From positions 372,001-436,000 of the forward strand of contig NW_026948178.1 in assembly GCF_963921235.1 (NCBI RefSeq): a stretch of DNA of 64,000 nt, in the 5' to 3' direction. Shown here piece by piece: positions 47,101-59,349 of the stretch (positions are counted from its first letter, which is position 1; every line of letters begins with the position of its first letter). The notes beneath the pieces are model-generated. The model did no database searches, was not told the DNA's origin, and saw nothing but the letters and a program-made list of their open reading frames with translations. A program made the position numbers and the translations under genes. This DNA comes from Mobula hypostoma. Its lineage: Eukaryota.

Positions 47101-50100
47101 TCTTATCAGGTCACCTCTCATCCTCCGTCGCTCTAAGGAGAAAAGGCAGAGTTCACTCAAACTATTCTCATAAGGCATCCTCCCTATTCCAGCCAACATC
47201 CTTGTACACCTCCTCTGCACCCTTTCTGTGGCTTCCACATCCTTCCTCTAGTGAGGCGACCAGAACTGAGCACAGTACTCCAAGTTTGGTTTGCCCAGGG
47301 TTCTATATAGCTGCAACATTACCACTCGGGTCCTAAATTCAATTCCACGACTAATGAAGGTCAATACACCGTGTGCCTTCTTAACAACAGTGTCAAGCGG
47401 CGTAGCTGCTTTGAGCGTCCTATGGACTCGGACCCCAAGATCCCTCTGATCCTCCACACTGCCAAGAGTCTTACCATTAATACTATATTCTGCCATCAGA
47501 TTTGCCCTACCAAAACCAGATTTTTTGAGGATTTCGGCAGAACCGACTTCTGCCCGGATCCGGGATCATCTGTGGGCAGAATCAGCATTCCGCCTTCACG
47601 GTGACGTTCTTTGTCTGAAATCTGAACATCTGTCTGAAAGAGGCCTGTGTTCAGCAAGATTTCTGTAAACAGCATATATGTCAAAAAGGGCCAAAGCAAT
47701 TTTCTTTCCTTTACGAATTATGGTCACTGTTGTTGTGATCGAGTAGGGCTGGAATCCGGCGTCCAATAACCAGAACAGTATCAAGGAATAACAAGAGAGT
47801 ATCCAATGCAATTGTAGGAGCCGTTCTCATTCAGTGTATCCGTGCAGGAAAGTGACTTCCTGCCGAATCCATGTTTTGACCTTTGTTTCTGTTTATTCAG
47901 GATCAAAGATCCACCACAATCCAAATCCGGAAGGAAGAGTGAGTGAACTGCATTTGAAATTTTCTAACTTGGAGCCAATGGAAATCTTAACATTGATTTT
48001 AATTTGGGAGCTCATAGTGCACGGCATTGACAGAGTGGATGTGACAAAGTTGTTTCCCATGATGGGGGAGTCTAGTACGAGAGGGCATGACTTAAGGATT
48101 GAATGGAGCCGATTCAGAACAGAAATACGAAGATTTTTTTTTAGTCTGAGGGTGGCGAATCTATGGAATTTGTTGCCACGGGCAGCAGTGGAGGCCAAAT
48201 CATTGGGGAGTGGGACAAAAGGGGAGAATGGATCAGTTCATGGAAAAATGGCGGAGCAGACTCGATGGGCCGAATGGCCGTCTTCTGCTCCTTTGTCCTA
48301 TGGTCTTATGGAATATGGAGGTTTTCATCAGAGCGAATGGTCACGAATTACGCGACTTTTGTCGTGGAGTTTTCCATTTATATAAGGTGAAATTTTCTGC
48401 TCAAGATTAGAATATCAGCGGAGAGATGGGATAGCAGTTTATACAACGTAATTTCTCTTCATATTGATCAATATCGGTCCTCACTTCCTGGTTCTGGCGA
48501 TTGGTGGGACGGAAGCTCATGCTATCAATGGCGTTTTGTTTTGGGCCGGATTGACGTCTGCTGTGTTCAACAACGGCTCCTGCCGCTCTGCACCGTTGTC
48601 ACATATCTGTTTGGTTCCCACAGGCACCTTGGATACAAATACCGTGAACACACCGCAAAACTATGAGAATTTCCCCAGGAATGAACAGGTAGGGTGGTCA
48701 TGATCTCCGTCATGGTTTTGCCCAGGGACGATAAGAACACGAGTAATGCGACCGGTAGCGTCCATCGGGCCTTTCCGCTCTGATTGGTCATTTAATAAGA
48801 TCATGGTTCATCGATGTCGGATCTCATTGTCAGTTAATGGAGAAACAACACATCATATTCTGCAAAGTAAACCCAATCCTGATGGTATGAACATCGACCT
48901 TATCCCACCGGTATTTCTTTTCACCTCCGTCTTCTTCTATTGTCACTCTGGCCTCTTATCCCTTCTCCTTATCTGCCCATCATCTCCCCCTGGTGCCCCT
49001 CCTTCTTCCCTTTCTCCTATGGCACACTCGCCTCTGCAATCCGACTACTTTTTCTTCATCTTCCCTTGTCCCACCCGTCAGGCCTCACCTATCAGCTCCC
49101 AGCCAGGCCCCCTTCCCCTCGCCACCATTTTGTTCAGGCGTCTTCCTGCCTCCTTCTCAGCCCAGTAGATGTGTATCGTCACAAAACCTAAACGGATTAA
49201 TAAATTCTATTAATGCTGCCTGACACTCTGAGTTCCTTCGGCATTTTGTGCGTGTTGCTCTGATTTTCCAGCACCTGCAGAATTTCCACAGTATACCCCA
49301 GAATCTATTATACCTGTAAGATGCAAAAACATATCCGACCTTTGCTGCAACATTTTTCATGAAAGAGTCTTTTATAACGTCCGATCAATGTGAGTAACGC
49401 CGGAGACTCCACAATCACTCACAGAGTGAAGCCGTGGTCAGGTTTGCACATTTCTGTCTCTGATCAACAGTGATCTCTGTGAGCGTTCAAGAGAAACAGC
49501 AGCTTACGGTGAACAGCCTGAGGCCACGAGTCCGCATTCTGATCCAGACTTACCTGTCAAGATGAATGGCTTTCAATCCGCCGAGTGAACGTTCTGATCC
49601 AGACAAATCTCTCAGAAGGAATGGTTTTAAAGGCAAATTACTCCTCAAATAATATTCACCACGCTCCATGGTGACTGAATATTGACGAATGGTTTAATGA
49701 CATTCAGTAACATTGCTGACGTTGGGGAAAATGTATATTGCACTCGCTCTGAATCAGAAACTCGCAGAGCATCGAACGGTGACCGATACAATTTCGCTCC
49801 AAGCAGCAACGACTGTGACCATTGATACCCTCCGGGTTTATATGTGCAGAGTCAGAATACAATTGTTGTTCACTTGTTTAAACGTCATGATAAAAAAACG
49901 CCTTTTTCTCTTTGCAGGGCGCAAGTCACAATGCACAAGACGAAAACTCCACTTACATGGTATATGCGTCAATCTCTCATTGAAGTAATTGTTTCCATTT
50001 CATTGAGTAAGAAATAGACCCTGAAGTGAGACGTTCCATAGACTGCAGTGTTGAGCACAACATTAATATGTCAGTGTCAGGATACGAAAGTGATTGCGGT

Positions 50101-52222
50101 CACTATAATAAGGGGCAGTGTCATGGGAAGCTGAAAGGGAGGAAGGTAGAAGAGTCAACTGGACTAAATGGACGAGATGAGCTACACACTAGGGTTCTGA
50201 AATGGGCCGCTGAAGAGGGAGTGGAGGAATTAGCACTGATATTCCAAGCCTCACGTCACTATTGAATTGTTTTGAAGGACTGCAAAGTTGCAAATATCAC
50301 TACGCTCTTTACGAGGAAAGGGGCTGAACTGACAGGATGGGGTAAGACTGCACGATAAAAGAGGAGGTTTGAGGATAGATGGAGGCACGAGATAAAACGG
50401 GTGGCAGGCAGGAATGTTTTGCCCCTGCGAAAATCCTGCCTGGCAATGCTGTTGGAATTCTTGGAGGAAATCACATGTGCGATCGACAAAAGAGAGTCAG
50501 AGGGAGTTGTGCACTTGGATTTTCAGACGGCCTTTGACAAGGTAACGCACATCAGGCCACTGAACATAAGAGCGCATGGTATTACATGGCAGAAGACAGC
50601 ATGCACAGAGGTTTGTCCGACCGGAAGGAAGGGAAGAGTGGGATTGAATGGGATAGTTGTGTGTTGGGCTGCCGAATTGGGCTACCAGTGCGGTTCTGCT
50701 GGTGTCGGTGTTCGGCCGCTTCTTCCCGTGTTTCCAGTCAATGAGATCGACAAATGAGCTGGTGGATGTGTGGTCAGGCTTGGGGACGATGCAAAGATAG
50801 TTGTAGGGGGTGTGCAGGACTTAGGAAGCTGCGGGTCTGCAGAAGGAGTTGGAACAATGAGGGAAACAGAGAAACAACTGCAACTAAAATCCAGTGCATG
50901 GAAGCATTAGTTCGTGCTCTTTGACAGGCGTGAAGCCGGAGCCTATTTTCCGAAAGGGATTGAACTTACAAATCGGAGGTGAAAATGCCCTATGCAGTTG
51001 TAGTGCAAGGTTGCTGAAAGTCGAACTTTCAGGTTGCGTTAGTGATAAGGAAGGAAGGCAAGTGCATTGTTGTCCATCATTTTGACAGGTATCGAACACA
51101 AACGTGAAAGATATTGAAGGGATTTGTCAGAGAAGACTCAGAATATTTTGAAGAGTGTTGAAGACCTTTTCTTAGAAAGGACAGGGTGGCTTTGGAGGAA
51201 ATTAACGAGAATTATCTAAGGAGTGAAAGCGTTTAACGACTCTGAGTTCTCTACCCACTGTAGTTTGGCAGAATGACTTATTTGAAACATACTTATCGCG
51301 GGAGTGTCTCAGACCAAAGGGCACAGCCTGAGAGTACAATGAACGCCCTTTGGAACGGAGAGATAAGAAGGAATATCTTTAGACAGAGCGTGTTTTATCT
51401 GCGCTATTTATTGTCGCTTATGGCTGTGGAGGCCAATGTACTCTGTTATGAAGCGTTGATCGCGCCGAATGTTGCAGAGTGAAGGCGGGTGAATGGGGTT
51501 GAGAGTGACAGTAAATCGGACATGATAAAATGAGGGAGCGGGCTCCATGTCAGGAATTGATTAAACCTTCCCCTGCGTCTTCTCCTGGAGACTCATGGAA
51601 GTCTCGTTCCTCCCTCAATTTTCAATAACTACGTGTCTCAGAAAATCCTCTTTCCATCATGTTCTGGCTGATCCGCGGTTCTTTCAAAGCGAGATCGTTA
51701 AATACGGGCAGGTCCTTTCCAATATTCCTCCAATTCTCCTCTACCATGTCCTGATTTTGATAATATTTTTTGTTAATGCTGACGATTTCCTCACGTTAAC
51801 AGGAACTTAATCTGGGCGATCGATCTGTTTACAGTGATCTGAAGAGGTAAGTGAACAGAACATCCGGCTCTCGATGTAAAATGTTACCTACAAAAGAAAC
51901 ATATCGATAATGTTCAAGACTGTGAGTCGTGCAGGATATGTGATCGTTCCCGTGCACATATCACATTGTGATTAGCAATATACATAGATGTAACAGTGTA
52001 CGACTGGAATCAGGAGGCGTTGAGAGGCGATATATTGATAATCAAACGAACAATTTTCGTGGGGCCGTGGTCATATGAAACATGTAAATTGTATGCAAGG
52101 TTGCTTTGTCACGATGTTTGACACGGATTGAGAAAACACCGCTCGTCTTTCTCCTCACCAACAGCAACTCCTTCGGGTTGCCTGCGGAGTCAACATGAGT
52201 TGTGTATTGTTTCCGCAGGTGA
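38094..52222 (+). CDS. CEACAM-like receptor gene B (leader, N, A1-B1-A2-B2 IgC2, TM, ITAM tail; 585 aa; spliced)
   Basis: Exons 38094-38145, 38348-38665, 43090-43365, 43763-44023, 45682-45957, 46108-46365, 46605-46728, 47901-47938, 48624-48688, 49918-49959, 51803-51846, 52219-52222. GT-AG, consistent phases, 1758 nt open frame. Cys-less IgV followed by alternating EPV.../YGP... IgC2 exons is the CEACAM pattern. Confidence 0.88.
38348..38665 (+). CDS. Gene B IgV N-domain exon N3
   Basis: ctcag/gtaagt, 318 nt, Cys-less V-set, DSGEY. Confidence 0.9.
39191..39390 (+). pseudogene. Degenerate A-type IgC exon in gene B intron 2
   Basis: Copy of 4452-4651; retains the C-strand Trp (YSWL) but ends at the same stop. 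Confidence 0.7.
40020..42020 (+). mobile_element. Penelope-like element (RT plus GIY-YIG remnant) with inverted partial terminal repeat
   Basis: RT YIDD ORF 40227-40964; GVIDCVRC..SGLLYI (GIY-YIG-like) ...PDGMNIDF; 40020-40165 is an inverted copy of about 41840-41985. Confidence 0.9.
43090..43365 (+). CDS. Gene B IgC2 exon A1
   Basis: EPVSNVTVTSN...TLTC...YLW...TFTCRANN...LDVN; ttaacag/gtaagc; 276 nt. Confidence 0.9.
43763..44023 (+). CDS. Gene B IgC2 exon B1
   Basis: YGPDRPHI...SLTC...LNWQLNG...TGRYTCEAYN; tttcag/gtaggt; 261 nt. Confidence 0.9.
44245..45620 (-). mobile_element. Two adjacent CR1 fragments in gene B intron 4
   Basis: Minus ORFs with VPRGSVLG, KLADV, MRGDLIE; (CCATAAG)n tail at 44245. 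Confidence 0.85.
45682..45957 (+). CDS. Gene B IgC2 exon A2
   Basis: EPVTGVTV...LSCDASG...WFKDN...DAGTYKCIASN; tttacag/gtaagt; 276 nt. Confidence 0.9.
46108..46365 (+). CDS. Gene B IgC2 exon B2
   Basis: YGPEMIRI...LTLTC...YVWYNG...GSYTCRVTN; ttttag/gtgagt; 258 nt. Confidence 0.9.
46605..46728 (+). CDS. Gene B transmembrane exon
   Basis: (A)PKTDDNITLTAGAIVGIVLGLLGMGLIGGVTGWFIARKTS(G); ttag/gtaaac. Confidence 0.88.
46780..47510 (-). mobile_element. CR1 3' fragment
   Basis: DLGVRVHRTLK...LEYCAQFWSPH on minus; tail at 46780. Confidence 0.85.
47901..47938 (+). CDS. Gene B cytoplasmic exon 1 (IKDPPQSKSGRK)
   Basis: ttattcag/gtgagt; 18 nt shorter than the gene A exon, in frame. Confidence 0.8.
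48025..48310 (+). mobile_element. Short CR1 3' end, gene B-specific
   Basis: DRVDVTKLFP...TRGHDLRI; absent at the matching gene A position (about 12310). Confidence 0.75.
48624..48688 (+). CDS. Gene B cytoplasmic exon 2 (STLDTNTVNTPQNYENFPRNEQ)
   Basis: cccacag/gtaggg; 65 nt. Confidence 0.8.
49918..49959 (+). CDS. Gene B cytoplasmic exon 3 (GASHNAQDENSTYM)
   Basis: tttgcag/gtatat; 42 nt. Confidence 0.8.
50110..51570 (+). mobile_element. Old degraded CR1 (5' part shared with gene A about 17220-17440)
   Basis: KSCLAMLLEFLEEIT...HLDFQTAFDKV. Confidence 0.75.
51803..51846 (+). CDS. Gene B cytoplasmic exon 4 (ELNLGDRSVYSDLKR)
   Basis: ttaacag/gtaagt; 44 nt; terminal exon cag|G TGA at 52219-52222. 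Confidence 0.8.
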
Positions 52223-53029
52223 CGTCACTGGTGAATGGAAGAGGATGGTCGGGACGTGGACGGACACATCAGAAAGACAACCATCCAGGATGTTTACTGA
52301 AAACCTCTCTGACTATTTCTTTGCCATTCTTAATTCATATCTCCGTTAGATTTCTTCTGCGCGCTCACAGCTTGACGCCGGAGACATCACTGAAGATTTT
52401 GACTGATTTGCATCATAGAAGCTGAGTTCTCTCACCTCAAGCCAGACTCCTACATCCGATACTTGGCACCGTCACACTGCCACAGGCAGCTGCCCTCTCG
52501 ACATTTTGGTGCGATATACTCTCTATAAACTCTTCATCCACATCATGGACAGGTGTTTTTTGAAGTTTCCTGCTACCAAACAATAGATTTCGCTCACTGA
52601 ATACCGCGTCAGCTTCCGAGTATTCCCGTCCCACCTTCACGAAGTGTCACGGAGGCAGGAGCTCATTCGGGCTGAGTGGTGGCGATACGAGCACGGGCAG
52701 GAGAAGTGATTTCCCAATGATTTGAAGATACATACTCAGCGTTAGCGCTTGGTAAATGACTAGCAAATCAACATTGTTTATTTGTTCTTCATTTTCGATC
52801 AAGGAGTAATGTAAAGAATGATAAGGCATTGCTGTGAGCAAAGAATTATCAAATCCTGGCCTGGACCATGAACGTGAAAAGAGCATTGATATCGCGATGA
52901 CATAAGAACATAAGAAATAGGAGAAGGAGTTATCCATCCGGCCCACTGAGCCTGCCCCGCCATTCAATCACATCAAGACCTTTTGCCATCCCTGATTCGG
53001 AGTACTAGGAGTTGCTGTGTGTTTCATTT

Positions 53030-53822
53030 CTGGATGTCTAGGAGTACACGGCTGTTATTGTCACAGCGGTGTATATTCCTCCGCAGGCTGATACTGACCT
53101 GACTCTCGAGGAACTGTACGAGGCCATCAGCACCCTGGAGGCTGCGCTCCCGGAGGCTGCCTTCATCGTCGCCGGAGACTTTAATAGACCGTCACTGCAC
53201 AAAGTCTCTCCGAAGCTTTGTCAACACATCCAGGTGAGCTCACGGAGAAATAGCGCACTCGACACTGCTACTCTCCTTTCCGCCACGCTTACAAAGCGCT
53301 CCTTCGCCGCCCATTTGGAAAATTGGATCACTCCTCCAGCTTGATGCGGCCAAAGCATAGGCGGAAGCTGAAACTGAAGGCGGCCATAGACATTACCGTC
53401 CACTGTTGGTCCGACCAAATCGCCCTCCATGTTTCACGCCCAGGTCATCTGTAGATGTGAACTTCCCATGATTCAGCACATTTCCAAAGACGGATGTGTA
53501 AAACGGGTCCGAAGGATCATTGGGGACCCGAGTCACCCCAACCACAAACTGTTCCAGCTGCTACCATCCGGGAAACGGTACCGCAGCATAAAAGCCAGGC
53601 CCAACAGGCTCCGGGACGGTTTCTTCCACCAGGCCATCAGACCGCTTAATTCATACCGATGCAGCTTTATTCCGTTATAATGACTATCTTGTTATACATA
53701 CTATTTAGTATAAATTACTATAAATTACACATTGCAATTTAGAAGGAGACATAACGTGAGATATTCTACTCCTCATGTATCTGAGGGATATAAGTAATAA
53801 ACTCAAGTCAATTCAATTCAGA
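53030..53822 (+). mobile_element. Internally deleted non-LTR element, Rex1/Babar-like
   Basis: VYIPPQA...AAFIVAGDFN endonuclease fused to DPSHPNHKLFQLLPSGKRYRS C-terminus; (CAATT)n tail. Confidence 0.7.
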
Positions 53823-54149
53823 TCTATTCAATTGTATTCTATTACAGCTCCAGTCGATCCGGAGTTCAGAGTCAATTCCGGTGTCATCTGTAACATGTCT
53901 ATAGATATACCTCGTGGAATCCGTGTGTTATTGCAGGGGGCACACATCAAAGTGTGTTGCTTGAATATCCAGCATCTGCAGAATTCCTGTTGGTTGCGTT
54001 ATTCCAGGGTAATCCGCTTTCCACCCACTTAGCAAACTTAGATACATTACACTCTGTCCCCTCTTCCACATCGTTAATGTATATCGTGTACATCTGTGGG
54101 ACCAGCATCGACTACTGCGGGGTAAGACAATGCTCACCACTGATTGCTA

Positions 54150-56044
54150 ACCAGCGTAACACCCGTGCATCACAACTCTCTGCTTCCTGCTAGTTAACCG
54201 ATCTTCTATCCGTGCTGATACACCACCCCCAACACTGTGCATCCCTCCCTTATGGTTAGAACGTTTATGCGGCACCATATCGAACGCCTTCTGGAAATCC
54301 AAGTAACTATCACCCATTTGTTCCCCTCTATCCACTGCGCTCGCTAAATCCTCAAAGAACTCCAGCAGGTTCGTCAAACAGGGCCTGCCTTTTCTGAATC
54401 CATGCCGCGTCTGCCTGATGGATCAGTTTCTTTGCAGGTGATAGATTGAAGCGTTATACCTCTCCCTCCTTCTCACCAACTTACCATAGGGATTGTAACA
54501 TCAAGTCCTAGTAGCTCTACTACTGTTTGAGGAAGATATCGAGATTGCATTCTGTGAAGTTCTCTTCAATTCTGTCACGACCAACTTGATTCACCCAATC
54601 TACGCACAAGTTAAAATCCCCCATGATAGCTGTTGTTCCATTTTCACATGCCTTAGATATTTCTGTTGTCTATCGGTGGCCTATAGAAAACTCCCACCAA
54701 TGATTTTTTCACTTTACAATTTCTAATCTCTGCCCAGATGGATTTAACCTTCTGCTCTTTAGATCGTATATCATATTTCACAATCGCCATGATATCTTTA
54801 TCTAAGAGCCCTGCCTCAGCTCCCTTACCTTCTTGCTTATCCTTCCTTATTCCTTGATCTCCTGGGAAATTGAATTCGCAATCCCGGTCACCCTACAACC
54901 ACGTTTCTGTAATGACCACTAAATCATACCCCTCTGTACTTATTTGTGCCAAAATTTCACTGACCCTGCTTAGAATATGACGGGCATTAAGAAAAAAATT
55001 CCCCTTACACTCATTACACGATTGAAATCTTTTAAACTTTTTTTTCCCTTTCGCACTTGACTTGTCTTCACTCCAGTCTTACATTTCTCTTGTTTAATCT
55101 TTTGCCTTTGCTATATCTTCATCCACAATTTTCTCTTTTGCTAGATTCCAAGTGCATATCGTCCCATTGGTACAGCACCCTCCTTCCCAATACCGGTGTC
55201 AGTTCCCCCATGAATTCAAACCTACCTCTTCCAAACCAATCCTTAGATAACGCATTTAACTCTCCAATCTTCTTGGCCCTCTGCCAATTTGCCGTGGCTC
55301 TGGTGTTAATGCAGATATTACCACCCTTTTGTATCTGTTTTTTACTTTAGTCCCCAGCTGCCCAAATACACTCAGTAGAACACCCTTCCTCGTTCTACCT
55401 GAGTCGGTGCTACCCACATGGAATAGGCCAACTGGATATTTTCCCTCCCACTGCAAATTCCTTTGCTGGACGGAAACGGTCCCGCACCCGGACACCAGGC
55501 AGGCAACACAGCTTTGGCAACGCTCTGTCCCCGCGACAGGGAACTCTGTCTATTCCTCTTTCTGCATTATCCTCAATTACCGCTACATTTCTGTTCTCTC
55601 CCGTCTTGAATGACTCGCTGATCGACGGTGCCACGGTTAGGTTGCGCATCCTTCCTTCAGCCCCCACTCTCCTCCAAACTGGGAGCAAGGACCTCAGTCC
55701 TGTTGGACAGGCTAAAGGGCTGAGGCTCGTCCAGCACTGTCTCTCCAATCCCACTACCCACCTCAGTGGGAGTCACACCCTCTTGTTCCTGACCACAGGC
55801 CAAAACCTCGCTGTTTCGATGTTTCAATCTGCAGCATCGCTTATTCGACTTCGAGCCGAATCGCTGACACCATTGGGAGAGACACGGGGAGATCTGTCGA
55901 GGGCAGAGGCCTCCGACTGCCGTCGATTTTTCAGGAAAAGGTGCGTCACTATTGCAAAGCGTCAGCACTAACCCCAATATTGCTCCCTGGCACAAATGCA
56001 GGGCCTAAACACTGACACTCGTGTAGGGCAGGATCACTATCACT
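54150..56044 (-). mobile_element. CR1 with 5' region including ORF1 esterase remnant
   Basis: Minus: VIEDNAERGIDR...CCLPGVRVRD (SGNH-like ORF1) and TNLLEFFED...YLDFQKAFD (RT). Confidence 0.8.
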
Positions 56045-56179
56045 NNNNNNNNNNNNNNNNNNNNNNNNNNNNNNNNNNNNNNNNNNNNNNNNNNNNNNNN
56101 NNNNNNNNNNNNNNNNNNNNNNNNNNNNNNNNNNNNNNNNNNNNNNNNNNNNNNNNNNNNNNNNNNNNNNNNNNNNNNN
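56045..56179. other. Assembly gap (135 N)
   Basis: Run of N. Confidence 1.
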
Positions 56180-57759
56180 ATTTATCGATCCAACTCTTTT
56201 AACTGTTTACACAGACTCCAATGTGTGCTGGACAATCCCATACTTTGACGACATTGAAGTTTCTCAACTCCAAACTTGTTCACTTAACTTCTCTGCATCG
56301 CCCTCTCTCAAAGCGAGAAATTTTATTGCAGGCAAACTAATTATGAAAAATTGTGCTAATTACCTTTTCACCGATACTCCGTGACTGGTTGTTTTTCCCA
56401 TAAGTAAATATTCTTCCATACAAGTAGATTTTAAACCAGTAAAACACGCAGGCTAAATTCCTTTGCGACAGCTATCACAGAACCGCACGAGATCAGCCGT
56501 TAAACTACAGGGTCACACATTATGGAAGTGGGGAATTCGGCTCATATTATCCTTGCCTGTCCTAATTATATTGTCTCGTGAAACCCAGTTTCCAGGTCGA
56601 GTTCCACAACATTCCTAGACCTGGTATTTCATACGTTCATCTGACCATTCGCTTTATACTGCCAAATCTGGATGTGCATCTCATATACCTCCACCTTAAT
56701 CTGTACTTCTGGCAGAAAAGGAAATCTCCCATTTCCCTTCCACAGGCCGTTTCTCTCCTCAGCTGAATCGCATGGCGTCCGATTATAGATTAACCTGTCT
56801 GTTTATTTCTCAAGCGATAAGATTAAAAAAAAGAGACATCTTGCGAAACTTCGCTGAAGCAGCCCAGACTACAAATTCACTGCTGGATATTTATCAGCAG
56901 TGATAAAGTTACTAAAGGAGAACTTTGAAAGTCATACTGTGGGCATTATAAAAACCTAAAGTTAATATGTAATTCTGAGCAGAGATCAAACTACATTGAC
57001 AACTAATCCACAAGCTGACAATGCCATTTCAGGTCGGAAAACATGATTTGTTTGGATTTTTAATTCCATCCAAAGTTCACCTCGTTGCAGTTATTAGTTC
57101 ATAAAATATGTACAACGAGGCCTGCAGTCGACATTCAGTCTTATACCTACATTAACCTTTTAGGAAGATGATTAGTGATTGGTTAGCGGCATCTGCTCGA
57201 TTTTCCGGACTGCTCAATGCGACAATTGAACAATTAGAGCACTATCACAATTGAGAGGTTAGAGCGGAGGTTTATTGGAAGTATGCAGAATTATCAGCGA
57301 TAGAGAGAGGCTAATTGTTGGTTGGTACTTTTGGTGAGACTACAATAGAGGTCACGGTTTCAGGGTAAATGCTGAAATTTCAGATGGATAACCATTTTCT
57401 GCCAAATACTGCATATAATAACCCTGGTCCCTAAACCCTTAAATACGTGAATGCATTATTTTGTGGTAACACGTCTGTTGTTTCCATGAGGGTACAATCG
57501 AAGCCAGCAGGGTAGATGATCAGGTGATACAGCCTTTGGGTAAAGAGCAGAAACCAGTCGATCACGCCAAAGGTGGATAACTCCAACAGGCTTAATTTGT
57601 CGTGCAAACAATTTCTTTCCGTTGGCCCATAAGCTGGGGAACATTTGGGCTCATTCGCAGTAGGGTTTTAGGAAGTATCCAACGAAATCAGGTGTTTCGG
57701 AGGTAGAATTCCACCTGTTAAACAATCGGTCGTGAGTCTGTAATCACTTACGTTGCAAT

Positions 57760-59250
57760 AAGACCATAATAAAATCATAAGACTATACGATATAGGAGCA
57801 GAAGTAGGCCATTCGGTCCATCGAGTCTGCTCCGCTATTCAAACATGTGCTGTTCCAATTGTTCCAGTTATCCTCACTCCGCTGCCTTCACCCCATACCC
57901 TTTGACGCCCTGCCTAATCAAGAACCTGTCTATCTCTCGCTTAAATACACCCAATGACTTGGCCTCCACTGCCGCTCGAGTCAACGAATTCCACAGACAT
58001 ACTACCATCTGACTAAAGTAATTTCAGCCTATCTCAGTTCTAAATGGACTTCCTTCAATCCTGAAGTCGTGCCCTCTTGCCCTAGAATCCCCTACCACGG
58101 GGTATAACATTGCCATATCTAATCTGTTCAGGCCTGTTGACATTCAGAATGTTTCTATGAGATCACCCCCACCCCCGCCCCCTCATTCTCCTGAACTCCA
58201 GGGAATACAGTGTAAGAGCTGCAAGAGGTTCCTCATACGGTAACCCTTTCATTTCTGGAATCATTCACGTGAATCTTCTCTGACCGCTCTCCAATGTCAG
58301 TATATCTTTTCAAAAACAAAGAGCCTAAAACTGCACGCAATACTCCAAGTGTGATATCACGAGTGCCTTATAGAGCCTCAACATCACATTCTCTGCTCTT
58401 ATATTCTATACCTCTAGAAATGAATCCCAAAATTGCATTCCCCCTCTATACATCCGACTCAACCTGGAGGTTAATCTTTAGGATATTCTGCACAAGGAGT
58501 ACCAAGTTCCTTTGCATCTCTGCATTTTGAATTCCCTCCTCATCTAAATAATAGTCTGCCCGTTTATTTCTCCCACCAAGGTGCATGACCATACACTTTC
58601 TAACATTGTATTTCATTTGTCACTTCTCTGTCCATTGCCCTAAACTATCCGAGTCTCTCTGCAAGTTCTCTGTTTCCTCAACACTACTATCTTTGTATCA
58701 TCGGCAGATATAGCCACAAAACCATTAATACCGTTGTCCGAATCACTAACATATATCGTAACAAGCAGTGCCCCAACAACGACCCCTGTGGAACTCCACT
58801 GATAACCGACAGCCAGCCAGAATAATGCTTCATATATTCTCACTCTGTTTTCTGCCGATCAGCCAATGGTCCACCCATGCAATTAATTTCCGTGTCATTC
58901 CATGGGCTCTGCAGCACCTTGGCGAAGGCCTTCTGAAAATCCAAGTACACCAGGTCTACTGCATCTCCTTTGTCTACCCTGCTTGTAATTTCATTAAAGA
59001 CTTGCAATAGGTTTCTCAGGAAGGATTTTTCTTTCAGGAAACTATGCTGGTGTTGGCCTATCCTGTCATGTGTCTCCAGGTACTCCGCAACCTCATCCCT
59101 ATCAATCGATTCCAACAACTTTCCAACCACTGATGTCAGACTAACAGGCCTGTAGTCTCCTTACTGCCTCCTCCCACCCTTTTTATGTCGTGGAATAACA
59201 TTTGCAATTTTTCAGCCGCCCGGTACAGTGCCAGAATCTCTCAATTCCTG
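57760..59250 (-). mobile_element. CR1 LINE fragment
   Basis: Minus RT motifs YLDFQKAF, SADDTK; tail near 57765. Confidence 0.85.
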
Positions 59251-59349
59251 AAAGAATCGTGGTTTATTATGGAATACAGAGCAGATTTTCCAGTTTTCGG
59301 GTGATGCTAGAAGATGGGGAATGTCCGTTCAAAACCTCTAGGCAACCGT

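Noticed and set aside
55996-56202. ORF spanning X residues
   Set aside because: Artefact of the N gap.
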